A DNA stretch of 64,000 nucleotides from Eutreptiella sp. 'Long Island Sound 2002'. Lineage: Eukaryota; Protista; Euglenida. The position numbers and the translations under genes were made by a program. The stretch is from the NCBI GenBank assembly GCA_964036045.1, contig OZ038379.1:14136001-14200000 (forward strand), given 5' to 3'. Numbering within the stretch: the stretch's first letter is position 1; the number at the start of each line of letters is the position of its first letter. Under the pieces are notes generated by a model. It was not told where the DNA came from, made no database searches, and saw only the letters and a list, made by a program, of their open reading frames with translations. Positions 1 to 11,134 of this stretch are shown here, piece after piece.

Positions 1-491
1 ACGGGCCCGCGGCGCACGCGCCGACGCGGTACCAGCGCCTCCGGGGCCGCCTCCGGCGGGCGCTCCGGCACATCATCCTGCGGTCCCTGTTCATCACCGC
101 GATCTTCGTCAACCTTATCGTTCTCGCCTTCGACCACTACGAGGCCCCGGAGGAGGTGCACCAGCTCATCCACATCACCAACACCGTCTGCCTCGCGGTG
201 TTCCTCCTGGAGATCGCCCTCAAGTGGTGCGCGTTCGGGCTGCGGCAGTACTTCCGGGTCCCCTTCAACATCCTGGACTTCCTCCTCATCCTCATCAGCT
301 GCCTGGAGTTCGCCATCGCCCAGACCAGCGCCGTCTCCGGGCAGCGTTCCCTCGTCGCCATCCAGCGGGTGATGCGGCTGCTGCTCATCGGCCGCCTGGC
401 GCACAACATCCGGGCGGTGGCCGTGCTGCTGGGGGCGCTGGGGTACGCCTTCAAGGGGGCGCTGGTCACGTTCTTCCTCCTGTGCCTCATG
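1..491 (+). CDS. Four-domain voltage-gated cation (Ca-type) channel, exon encoding domain II S1-S5 (runs off the window 5' end)
   Basis: Open frame from nt 3: LFITAIFVNLIVLAFDHY (S1), VFLLEIALKWCAFGLRQYF..PFNILDFLLI (S2-S3), QRVMRLLLIGRLAHNIR (S4). Phase-0 donor ATG|GTGTGT at 492. Confidence 0.92.
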
Positions 492-1305
492 GTGTGTCCT
501 TCGCCGCCATCCATTTTGTGGCAACCATCATTTTTCAGGGATTGACATGGGAGGGAGGGGGGGCGGGGTCGGGGCGGGTGCTGCAGCCCCAGGGTAGGGT
601 GGGTCAAAAATCTGGGACCCCCCCTCCCTGTTCCGACTGTGGCTTGGGTGGGTGGGCTGCAGTCTACGAACTCCCCTTTGAAGGTTTATCTCTTGGGTCT
701 ATGGCTCGGCTGTTTTCATTGGGAGATGAATGATTGAGGTTGCTTGTTTTTTAAAGCTTTCATGATGAGGTTTTCGCAGCACGGAAACGGCAACCACAGA
801 GAAGAAGAGAAGGATCTGACAGAGGCAAGCCACGTAAGACGCAAGCCACGCATAAGTGTAGCAGAAGCCGCAGCCAAAGCAGTAGCGACAGCGGTACCAA
901 TGAAAGCAGAAAAGCAGGGGAATGTCCAGAGACCGACGACCCCGAGCTACGTCGCCGCATCACCCTGGGCCCCGCCCTTCCCCAACGCCCAAGCCATCAG
1001 CCATAAAACACTCCAAGAAAAAAGGGGGCAGGAAAAGCACAAAACCCACAAAAACATCAGAAAAGTACAACCCCTCCCCCCCCAATAAAAGGGGGAGGAC
1101 TATGTGCTTCAGCAGCCTTTACAACATCATCTCAGGGGGAGTCGGGGCTGGGGCCCAATCTGGGAGAGCCCTTCCACCCACCCACCCACCCGTGGATCTT
1201 TACAAGAAGAGGGGGTCTGGGCGGGTGCCATGATCTTGGGGGGGGGGGTGCCTCAGCTCCCCCTGGCCCCTTCCCCTCTTATAAACGACGATGATTGTTT
1301 CGTAG

Positions 1306-1630
1306 GTGTTCGTGTTCACGGTGCTTGGGGTGCAGCTCTTCGGGCACCTGGACACCTCCGGGGCTGCAGTCCGCTTCAGCTTCAGAGACCCCTATGGGGC
1401 GATGCTGACCGTCTGTGCGCTGTTCTCTGGGGAGACTTGGGCCGACATCGCGCTGCATGTCATGCAGCAGTCGGGCCACTGGGGGTCGTACTTCTACTTC
1501 CTGACAGCCTTCATCATCGGGCAGTGGCTCCTGATCTCTCTGCTCATCTCTGCATTCGTGGAGGCGTTCAGTGAGAGCCGCAGAGCACACGATGAAATGG
1601 TGCGCCGTATCAAGCAGGCGTCGCGTGCAG
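1306..1630 (+). CDS. Channel exon: domain II S5, pore loop and S6
   Basis: Acceptor TTCGTAG| at 1305. VFVFTVLGVQLFG...FRDPYGAMLTVCALFSGETW (filter E)...YFYFLTAFIIGQWLLISLLISAFVEAF. The phase-1 GT donor at 1631 matches the exon at 10477; an alternative phase-0 GC donor lies at 1618. Confidence 0.9.
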
Positions 1631-1698
1631 GTTCCACGTGCCACGCTCCCTCGGTAATGCCCGTGCAGCCACACACCACTGCAGCGCGTGGTATAACA

Positions 1699-1896
1699 AC
1701 ACCACGCAACACAACACGGCACAATACAACACAACACAACCCAATGCAACACAACACAACACAACACAACGTAACACAACACAACACAGCACAGCACAAC
1801 ACAACACAACACAACACAACACAACACAACACAACACAACACAACACAACACAACACAACACAACACAGCAGAGCACAGCACAACAGAGCACAACA
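1699..1896 (+). repeat. (CACAA)n pentanucleotide microsatellite, 5' flank of LINE-B
   Basis: Direct reading; minor CACAG/CGCAA variants. Confidence 0.97.
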
Positions 1897-4800
1897 GGAC
1901 CAACGGACATACTACCAGGGAGTCCTGCAGGTGGACGTCCCAGACCGCAAAATTCAGCACGGGTCAACGACCCCCAGCCCCTACACTCGCCCACTCCGGC
2001 AGCCGCGGCCCGACACGTAGGCCACGTGTGGGCAACGGATAGCCCGGAGCAACGGGAGGAGGCGTTGGCCGAAGCCCCGGAGATCCGGCCCTCCCGGCTT
2101 CTCTGCTATATGGGGACGGACATCTACCTCCAAGGCACACCCACGGCCCCCCGAAACCTACCGGAGGTCAGGGCGGCGGTCTGGAAGCAGCTCCGCCCCC
2201 AGCAACTCCCCCCGGACGCGGCCATGATGGTGCTCATGGCAAAGCTCCCGAGAAAACTGCTCCCCCTGGCCAGCGTCTACCGCCCCACGGCCCAGGTGCA
2301 CGCGGCCAACGACGCCCTGATGGTGCGGGCATACAAGTACATGGCAGGAATCTCCCGCCATGCCCACACCGAAGCACTCTGGGGGCCCTGGGAGCATGGA
2401 TGCCAGGGTTTGACCCGGTCCTCACACTCGTGGCAGACTGCGGTCACCCGGGAATGGGTCCGGCAGGGGGCCTGGGCTAAGGAGGACTTCCGAGAGTCCC
2501 AAACCTACACCCTCCAGGCACACCAAGCGCTCAGAGGGGGGTGCCCAGTGGTGCTCACCCCAGGGCAGTACACCCACCACCCGAGGTGCTCACCTCGTCG
2601 CTACGCTGCAGCGGGTAGTGGATGAAGTGTCCATGCCCATGTGGATGCCGGCCCCCTGCTCAGGGACGACCCCCATCCTGGTGCGGGGGCCTGGCGGATC
2701 TCGGGCAGGGGCGGCAGCGGCCCCCACCCCCCAGGTGGAGGTGTACCCGACCCAGTACGGCGATATCGTGCAGGTAGTCATCCCCCCGACCGTCCACGAA
2801 ACGGTGCACGAAACGGTGCAGGCTCTGGGATACCACCACCCGGGAGACTTGTACATAGAAGACCACCGCATCAAAGGGGAACGGGCCCTTAAAGAGCGGG
2901 CGCAAGCCCGCAAGGGTATCCCCGGCCTACGGGCATGGTTGGCCCGCCATGGCGCCGTCCCGGCGCCCCTACTGCGGGTGCCCCCGCCGCGGTGGCAGAC
3001 TGCGCCTAAGGGCTGGATCCCGGGCGCCGTGCCCGCATACCCGGCGGAAGTGGTCATCAGGGGCCGGGTGGCCAAGACCACTCGGATGGAGACCGTGTAC
3101 CACGGGGGCTATCCAATCAAGGTGACGACAGCCATGAAGGATGCCATGCATGGAGGCCAAAGACTGGACGCCGGAGCTCCGGGTGTGCTGCTAGCCCCCA
3201 AACACGCTGCCAAGCGACACCCGATTAAACCGTCTCGTGGTTGCCCTTCTGGGCGTCCAAGTGCAGGTCAACGTGCCCCTGCATGCCCAACTATGGGACG
3301 ACCATCACCATGTGTCCCTAGGCCAGCTACAGAGCGCGGGGGTATGGGCACCTACCATTGTGTGGATGTCCGAGCCTCCGGCAGACGCCTACTGGCAATG
3401 GGCCCAGGCATCGCCGGCCCCTCTGTCACCGTCACCACAACACTGTCGCTGTGGCCATGGATAGCCATTGCCCCGGCTGCGGTGGCTAAGTCCAAGTACC
3501 CCGCGGAGTGTGTGGCGCACAAGTGCCCAGGGCACCCGAATAAGGGGCCCCTCTACTACTCGCTCGGTACAGCGGGAACAGTACCGGCAGAGCTCGGCCC
3601 TGCCCTGCGAACCCACCTCCGTGAACACCATGGTGACCTGGCTCTCCTGGCGCCACACGGCCTGGCTACCGACCCCCCACAAGTACTAGCCCCCGAGGTC
3701 AAGCCGGGCATTTGGTTCCATGACCTACCGGCGCTGGCGACTCTCCGCGGAACCGTGGCCACGGTGGATGCCGGAACCACGCAGGCAGGCATGGCTATGG
3801 CAGGGGTCGCCCAAAGCGGGCCTGAGGCCTACCGGACCCACGTGGCCTCCGGGGTAGGCACCTCCCAAGAGGGGGAGGCCATGATACTCCTCTCATACAT
3901 CCGCAGGCTGGCGCAACAGCCAGGGGTATTTTGGCTGGTGCCGGACTCAGAGGCGGCGGTGGGGGCCTTCCGCACGTATCAAGAAGGAGGCCATTGTGGG
4001 GATGGTATACACCACCTCTACGCCACTGTCTTGGGAGGCCAACACCTCTCCCCTACCTCAGCCATCAACGTGGTTACCACGCCGTCGCACTGGATAACAT
4101 ACCTGAACGTCCGTGTTGATGCAGCGATGCAGGAGCCGCCAGAGGTAGACCTGACGTGGCTCCTCCGGCGCCCTTTCTCCTTCCTCTCCCCGGTAACTTA
4201 CCGGGACCAATGCCAACTCTCCCCAACGGCGTTGAGCAACTGGTTACAAGACCGGGCCTCCATACCGGCGCGGGCCGGCTATGAGGCCCGATGGGGGGCA
4301 AACTACACATCGGGGAGTGGATTCCCCCTCGACTGGTTCGATGGCGACCAACAGCGCCACATCACGGCGCACCGCATGGACAACATCCCCACGATGACTG
4401 TCTTGGCGCACCGGTCTTCCCACCGGGACACGGTGCTAGACACCACGTGCCTCCTCTGTGGAGCACAGCCCGAAACGGCACCCCACCTTTGGGCCTGCTC
4501 GGCCCAGTCCCATGAGTGGGGACCGGCTCGCCAGCGGCTCACGGAGTGGCTTGACCAGAAGGTGGGGAAACGGGTTGCCTCGGTGCGCCACCAGCTGTGG
4601 GAGCCGACTGTACTGGAGCAGTGGGCGGCGGCCTTGCGTACCCCCTCCATGCAGCGAGCCCACATGGAGTGCTCACGGCCCCACACGCTGGGGACGGAGT
4701 TCATCCGTCACGTAATCGAGGAGTCCATCATAGTCTGGTACGCCCACACCAAGGCGCGTGCCACGTTGCTGAAAGCCCGCCTGGGCCCACGTTGCTGAAA

Positions 4801-5067
4801 GCCCGCCTGGGCCCAGGCATCACAATGGCGTGGGTGTTGCAGGAGCTACGCCTGCACCAGCAGGTGGAGAGAGAGGGAGTATAGCGGGAACTTCTGGGAT
4901 GACAACTGTCGCCAGGAGGGTGACATCCAGGTGTCCCCGGCTCCCCCTCTTCACAGCGATAACCACACACTTGCACACGGCGCGCGCGCTACACACACAG
5001 CCCTCCCGTTTACCTGTACCCGTGGGTAGACATCCCGGCCATTTCCTTCTGGTAACAGCGCCTTCGG
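1897..5067 (+). mobile_element. 5'-truncated non-LTR retrotransposon (LINE-B) inserted in (CACAA)n
   Basis: Begins in the late RT/thumb region (LLCYMGTDIY; ALWGPWEHGCQGL resembles LINE-A MLWASIDDLGF). Continues into RNase H-like and Cys-His motifs. Ends GGTAACAGCGCCTTCGG followed directly by (CACAA)n. Confidence 0.85.
2618..4798 (+). pseudogene. LINE-B ORF2 C-terminal part: RNase H-like domain and CX2C...HX3C knuckle, frameshifted
   Basis: Acidic RNase H residues in VATVDAG / SQEGEAM / LVPDSEAA / NVRVDAAM. CLLCGAQPETAPHLWAC is typical of LINE C-termini. Frame break near 2620 and a 26-bp duplication at 4762-4813. Confidence 0.8.
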
Positions 5068-5293
5068 CACAACACAGCACAACACAACACGCTGCAACAC
5101 AACACAACACAACACAACACAACACAACACAACACAACACAGCACAACACAACACAGCACAACACAGCACGGCACAACACAACACAACACAACACAACAC
5201 AACACAACGCAACACAACACAACACAATGCAACACAGCACAGCACGGCACAACACAACACAACACAACGCAACACAACACAACACAACACAAT
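5068..5293 (+). repeat. (CACAA)n microsatellite, 3' flank of LINE-B
   Basis: Direct reading. Confidence 0.97.
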
Positions 5294-5295
5294 GC

Positions 5296-6285
5296 CCCCA
5301 AGAAGTGAGGCAGTGCATTGCAGGAGTGGCACTGCCTACTGCCCGAGGGCAGTGAGGCAGTGCATTGCAGGAGTTGCACTGCCCACTGCTCCCAGCCAGT
5401 GAGGCAGTGCATTGCAGGAGCTGCACTGCCCACTGCCCCCAGGCAGTGCGGCAGTGGATTGCAGGAGTGGCACTGCCCACTGCCCCCAGGCAGTGAGGCA
5501 GTGCATTGCAGGAGCTGCACTGCCCACTGCCCGCAGGCAGTGCGGCAGTGGATTGCAGGAGTGGCACTGCCCACTGCCCCCAGGCAGTGAGGCAGTGCAT
5601 TGCGGGAGTTGTACTGCCCACTGCTCCCAGGCAGTGAGACGGTGTATTGCGGGAGTTCCACTGCCCACTGCCCCCAGGCAGTGAGGCAGCGCATTGCAGG
5701 ATTTGCGCTGCCCACTGCCCCCAGGCAGTGGGGCAGAGCGTTGCAGGAGTTCCACTGCCCACTGCCCCCAGGCAGTGAGGCAGTGCGTTGCAGGAGTGGC
5801 ACAGCCTGCTGCCCGAGGGCAGTGAGGCAGTGCATTGCAGGAGTTGCACTGCCCACTGCCCCCAGCCAGTGAGGCAGTGCATTGCAGGAGTGGCACGGCC
5901 TGCTGCCCGAGGGCAGTGAGGCAGTGCATTGCAGGAGTTGCACTGCCCACTGCCCCCCGGCAGTGAGGCAGTGCATTGCAGGAGTTGCACTGTCACTGCC
6001 CCCAGGCAGTGAGGCAGTGCATAGCAGGAGATCCACTGCCCCCTGCCCCCGGGCCGTGGCGCAGTGTGTCGCAGGAGTTCCACTGACCACTGCCCCAGGC
6101 ACGGCGGCAGTGTATTGCAGGAGATGCCCGGCCCACTGCCCCAAGGCAGGGAGGCAGAGAATGGCAGGAGTACCACTCCCCACTGCCCTCAGGCAATGCG
6201 GCGGTGTGAAGCAGGATTTCCACTGCCCACAGCCCCCGGGCGGCGTGGCAGTGCGTTACACTGCCCACTGCCCCCTGCCCGCAAC
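5296..6285 (+). repeat. 47-bp hairpin-forming minisatellite, about 20 copies
   Basis: Unit GGCAGTGAGGCAGTGCATTGCAGGAGTGGCACTGCCCACTGCCCCCA; period measured 5490 to 5537. Confidence 0.93.
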
Positions 6286-6473
6286 AACCGTGCAGCAGGG
6301 CACGCACAGTGCAGTGTAGTGCACAGCACCAAGCAGTGCGGCACCACACAATAAGCACTGATGGTGCAGCGCGGCACGCAGGGTGCAGTGGGCCCACGAG
6401 ACCCTGTGTGACTGCGCGCAGGCGTCGGCAAGGCAGTGTCGGCCAAGTGCGAGAGTGCACTGGTCCGGCTATG

Positions 6474-6583
6474 CCACAACACACTTACGCACAGCGCGCA
6501 CACAACACACACAGCCCAGCCCGTTTACCTGTACCCGTGGGTAGACATCCCGGCCTTTTGCCTTTTGGTAACAGCGCCTTCGG
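6474..6583 (+). mobile_element. Second, about 110-bp copy of the LINE-B 3' terminus
   Basis: CCGTTTACCTGTACCCGTGGGTAGACATCCCGGCC...GGTAACAGCGCCTTCGG is near-identical to 5006-5067 and is again followed by (CACAA)n. Confidence 0.9.
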
Positions 6584-6710
6584 CACAACACAACACAACA
6601 CAACACAACACAACGCAACACAACACAACACAATGCAACACAGCACAGCACGGCACAACACAACACAACACAACGCAACACAACACAACACAATGCAACA
6701 CAACACAACG
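6584..6710 (+). repeat. (CACAA)n microsatellite
   Basis: Direct reading. Confidence 0.96.
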
Positions 6711-8385
6711 CAAAATAAGAGAACTGGTTCAGTGCCAGCTCTTAAATTCAATACAGAAAACATAACCTCCACTCCAAACTCAAAACAAGAGAACGGGTTC
6801 AGCGCCCGCCCTTGTAAATCACCCTGAACACAGCGCCACAGCGCCAAACGCAGCGCCACAGCGCCAAACACAGCGCCACAATGCCAAACACAGCGGAACA
6901 ACGCCAAACACAGCGCCATCGTGCCAAGCACAGCGCCACAGCGCCAATCAGAGCGCCACAACGCCAAACACAGCGCCACGGCGCCAAACAGAACGCCACA
7001 ACACCAAACAGAGCGCCACAGCGCCAAACGCAGCGCCACAGCACCAAACACAGCGCCAAACACAGCGCCACAGCGCCAAACAGAGCGCCACAGCGCCATA
7101 CACAGCGCCCCAGCGCCAAACACAGCGCCCCAGCGCCAAACACAGCACCACAGCGCCACGCACAGCACCACAGCACCAAACACAGCGCCATTGTACCAAG
7201 CACAGCGCCACAGCGCCAAGCAGAGCGCCACAACGCCAAACACAGGGCTACAGCGCCAACCACAGCGCCGCAGCACCAAACACAGCGCCACAGTGCCCAA
7301 CACAGCGGAGCAGCGCCAAACACAGCGCCACAGTGCCAAGCACAGCGCCACAGCACCAAACACAGCGGAGCAGCGCCAAACACAGCGCCACAATGCCAAG
7401 CACAGCGCCATAGCGCCAAACACAGCGCCACAACGCCAAACACTGCGCCACAGCGCCAAACCCAGCGCCATCGTGCCAAGCACAGCGCCGCAGCGCCAAA
7501 CACAGCGCCACAACGCCAAACACAGCGCCGCAACACCAAACACAGCGCCGCGGTGCCAAGCACAGCGGAACAGCGCCCAACACAGCGCCCCAGCGCCAAA
7601 CACAGCGCCACAGCGCCAAACACAACGCCACAGCGCCAAACCCTCCTTTCATCCCTCACTCCTTCCCTCACAACCCCTTCCCTCCCATTCCATGCCGTCC
7701 CCCCTCCTTCCTCAATCCTCCAATCAAATAAGAGAACTGGCACAGTGCCAGCTCTTAAATTCAACACAGAATACATAACCCACACTCCAAACTCAAAACA
7801 AGAGAACGGGGTCAGTGACCGCTCTTGTAAATCACCCCAATCAAATAAGAGAACTGGTTCAGTGCCAGCTCTTAAATTCAATACAAACAACAAACATACC
7901 CTCCACTCCAAACTCAAAACAAGAGAATGGGTTCAGTGCCCGCTTGTAAATCACCTGGAACACAGCGCCACAGCACCCAACGCAGCGCCACAGCGCCACA
8001 TCGCCCAACCACAGTGCCACAGCCCCAAACACAGCGCCACAGGGCCAAACACAGCGCCACAGGGCCAAACACAGCATCACAGCGCCAAACACAGCGCCCA
8101 AGCGCCCAACACAGGACCATAGCGCGCAACACAGCGCCACAACGCCCAACACAGCGCCACAGTGCCCAACACGGCGCCACAGCGCCAAATACAGCGCCAC
8201 ATCGCCCAACACAGCGCCAAACCCTTCTTTCATACCCCACTCCTTCCCTCACAACCCCTTCCCTCTCATTCCGTGCCTTCCTCCCTCCTTCCTCAATCCT
8301 CCAATCAAATAAGAGAACTGGGTCAGTGCCAGCTCTTAAATTCAATACTGAATACATGACCCCCACTCCAAACTCAAAACAAGAG
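6711..8385 (+). repeat. Composite repeat: (ACACAGCGCCACAGCGCCAA)n blocks alternating with a 115-190-bp module
   Basis: About 20-bp CAGCGCCA-rich units at 6826-7640 and 7958-8220. Module AAATAAGAGAACTGG..GTGCCAGCTCTTAAATTCAA..CTCCAAACTCAAAACAAGAG at about 6714, 7728, 7845 and 8307. Confidence 0.9.
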
Positions 8386-8535
8386 TCAAAGCGGGCAAGC
8401 CACCCCGCGGCTACCAAAAGGAGCCAGTCCGAGGTATGGGGGCCGGCGGTGGGTATGCGTAGTCCTCATTAGGGCATGACAAACATATAGTCATGCCGCC
8501 ACACATGAGGTGACTGCTATACTCCCTGGGGAATA

Positions 8536-8955
8536 ACACAACACAACACAGTACAGCACAGCACAACACAACGCAACACAGCACAGCACAGCACAGCACA
8601 ACACAACACAGCACAGCACAGCACAACGCAAAGCAACGCAACACAACACAACGCAACACAACGCAACACAACACAACACAACACAACACAACACAACACA
8701 ACACAACACCACACAACACAACACAACACAACACAACACAACACAACACAACACAACACAACACAACACAACACAACGCAACACAACACAACAAAACACA
8801 ACGCAACACAGCACGGCACAACACAACACAACGCAACTCAACACAACACAATGCAACGCAACTCAACACAACACAACACAACACAACACAGCACAACACA
8901 ACACAACACAACACACCACACCACACCACACCACACCACACCACACCACACAACA
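8536..8955 (+). repeat. (CACAA)n / (CACCA)n microsatellite
   Basis: Direct reading. A short inverted (GTTGT)n run follows at about 9063-9105. Confidence 0.96.
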
Positions 8956-9118
8956 CCAAGTGACCTTCGAGGAGAAAGGCGGCGGAGAGCAGCTCGCCAC
9001 GCAGCAACAATGACATGGGGAGTGCAGCAGCCAGCAATTGTGCCCCGCGATGGACATTGGGATGTGTTGTGTTGTGTTGTGCTGCGCTGTGTTGTGTGGT
9101 GTTGTGGTTGAGGTGCAG

Positions 9119-9416
9119 GCGCCGCCCCAGGGGCTGGCTCCACTTCTACCTGCCCTGTGCCGCCGGAGCACCGCAGTCCGGCCGTCAAGGCTCCGGTTCC
9201 ATGGGCCACCATCACTTGCGACACCACTTCCAGGGGGGTCCCGGGGCAGCGAGCCAGAGACAAAGCACTGGTGGAGGATCACAAGAAGACATCCCCTGTG
9301 GGCCGGAGCTCTGGTGGTGAACAAGAAGATGTTCAACCGCCGCTGCAAATGCAAGGCGTGCGGGTTCGAACTCCCCTCCCAAGAGGGACTCCCGGCCCTG
9401 CTCCGAAACATGGGGT
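9119..9416 (+). CDS. Candidate extra or alternative exon of the channel II-III linker
   Basis: Open frame after GTGCAG| (phase 0, fits a GC donor at 1618), ending before GTGTGT at 9417 (phase 1, fits 10477). Encodes ...NKKMFNRRCKCKACGFEL.... No polypyrimidine tract. Confidence 0.3.
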
Positions 9417-10476
9417 GTGTGTGGGGGGGCGGGCGTGGGGGGCACCAAACTGGATATGTCCAATTGTTACTGGAGCCCCCCCCCCCCCCGCCCGCCAGTT
9501 ACTGTCTACCTCCCCTTTACCCCTCCAGCAGGAGAACAGAAAGCCGTATGGTTAGGCCGAAGGAGTGCATCAGGCTATACGGCCCTGTGATTCACTGCGA
9601 CACATCAACACAGACGCAGCTTGAGGGCGTGGCTGTTTTTCATGCACCATCTAGCTCAGCAACACACAGGTATTGATCTTTAGCAGTTCGCCGTCCACAG
9701 GTTATATAACAAATGCAGCTGCCACTGGCACCGCTGATTGAAACCTTGTACCTACTTGTTGTACATTGAATAGTGGAGCACCCCAACCAAGAAGGGGACA
9801 CATGCATCTGTGAGAGAACCTCTGGACTAATGGCTGAAAGTGTCTATGGCGGGGACATTCAGTCGATCAGCACCGACCATTGATCCCCCCGCCAGTTGTC
9901 TGAGACCATCCGAGTGGCCACGGGGGCCCGATGCCATGGTGTCCATCATAGGCTGCGCTTCCCAAGCCGAGGCTGCAGTGCGAAATGGGCCATCCGTGCA
10001 CACCGGGTACACATCGGCACACACCCTCTCACCCACGCACCCACCCGCACATGCCGGCACCCGAGGGGAGGGAGTGCCCTTTCTGTTGGGAAAGAGCCCG
10101 GGGAGCTTCTGCGGGACACACTCCCCGCAGAAACTGGGCGCCCAGTCTCCTGGCGCCCCCCTGCCACCCCTCAATAGAGTTTCACAGAAGGTCGTGGCCC
10201 ACCCCCCCCAGACCGCAACTGTTTTTTGTGACAGTAGCTGCCGGAGACGCTCCAACTTGTACCCAACTCCAACTGCGGCTGCACGGTTTTGTAACGGCCT
10301 CCTCCTCCCCAACCGCTTTCCCAACCGTCGTCAACCGCGTTTCCCGCAATACCCTGTGGCCTTCCTCTCCTTCAAGCGCAGGCCTGACCCCCACACTGCG
10401 GGTGTTGGGGTCCAACATTCCAACTCAGCCCCCCCCCCCCCCCTACACACATGTCCATATGCGTTTGTGTGCGCAG

Positions 10477-11116
10477 GTCTGATGAAGGCGGCGGTACTCC
10501 AGCAAATTGGCAGCCCCACGCGCCGCGCCGCCCCCCTCGATGCCAACGCCGCGTCCCCACTCCGGCCGCCGGGCAAGTCCAGCCCACGACCAACGCGGTG
10601 GACGGTCCCCATCGACGTGCAAAACGTCGAGCCGCCTTCGCCCCAGACTCCACCCGCTCCCGCAGCCCAGGGAGTGCACCCTCCCCCAGCCCAGCCCCCC
10701 GCCTTCGAACAGCCGGAGGAGGCGGATCCCGCGTCCAGGGCCGGGTCGGTTCGATTCCGTGTCAGCCACCCCGCCCCGCCTGAAGCCGCGCCCGACTGCC
10801 CAGCACCGGCGCCCCCGCCGCTGGGCCCCGAGCCCGCCTCACCCTCCGGGGTCGTGCTCTCCGGGTCGCAATATGCGCACTTCTCGCGGGCGCGTCTCAA
10901 GGCGTTCGTCGACCACAAGTGGACGGGCTGGTTCGTCCTGGGCACGATCTGCCTGAGCTGCGCGTGCCTCGCGGTGGTAACCCACACGACGCAGCAGCTT
11001 TGCCTGCGCGCCGCGTGCACGCCCTTCGAGTGGACGCTCTGGGGCCTTAACGTCCTCGTCACTGCGGTCTTCGTCCTTGAGATGCTCCTCAAGATGGCGG
11101 CGTACGGCCCGCGGCG
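10477..11116 (+). CDS. Channel exon: Pro-rich II-III linker and domain III S1-S2
   Basis: Acceptor GCGCAG| at 10476. FVDHKWTGWFVLGTICLSCACLAV (S1), VFVLEMLLKMAAYG (S2). Phase-2 donor CG|GTAACT. Confidence 0.88.
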
Positions 11117-11134
11117 GTAACTATCTTTCACTCG

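Noticed and set aside
1279-9263. Many long ORFs rich in CCVVL, TTQHN, GSATPAMHC or ALCLALWRC
   Set aside because: These are stop-free translations of the (CACAA)n, 47-bp and 20-bp tandem repeats, open in several frames and strands, with no coding signal.
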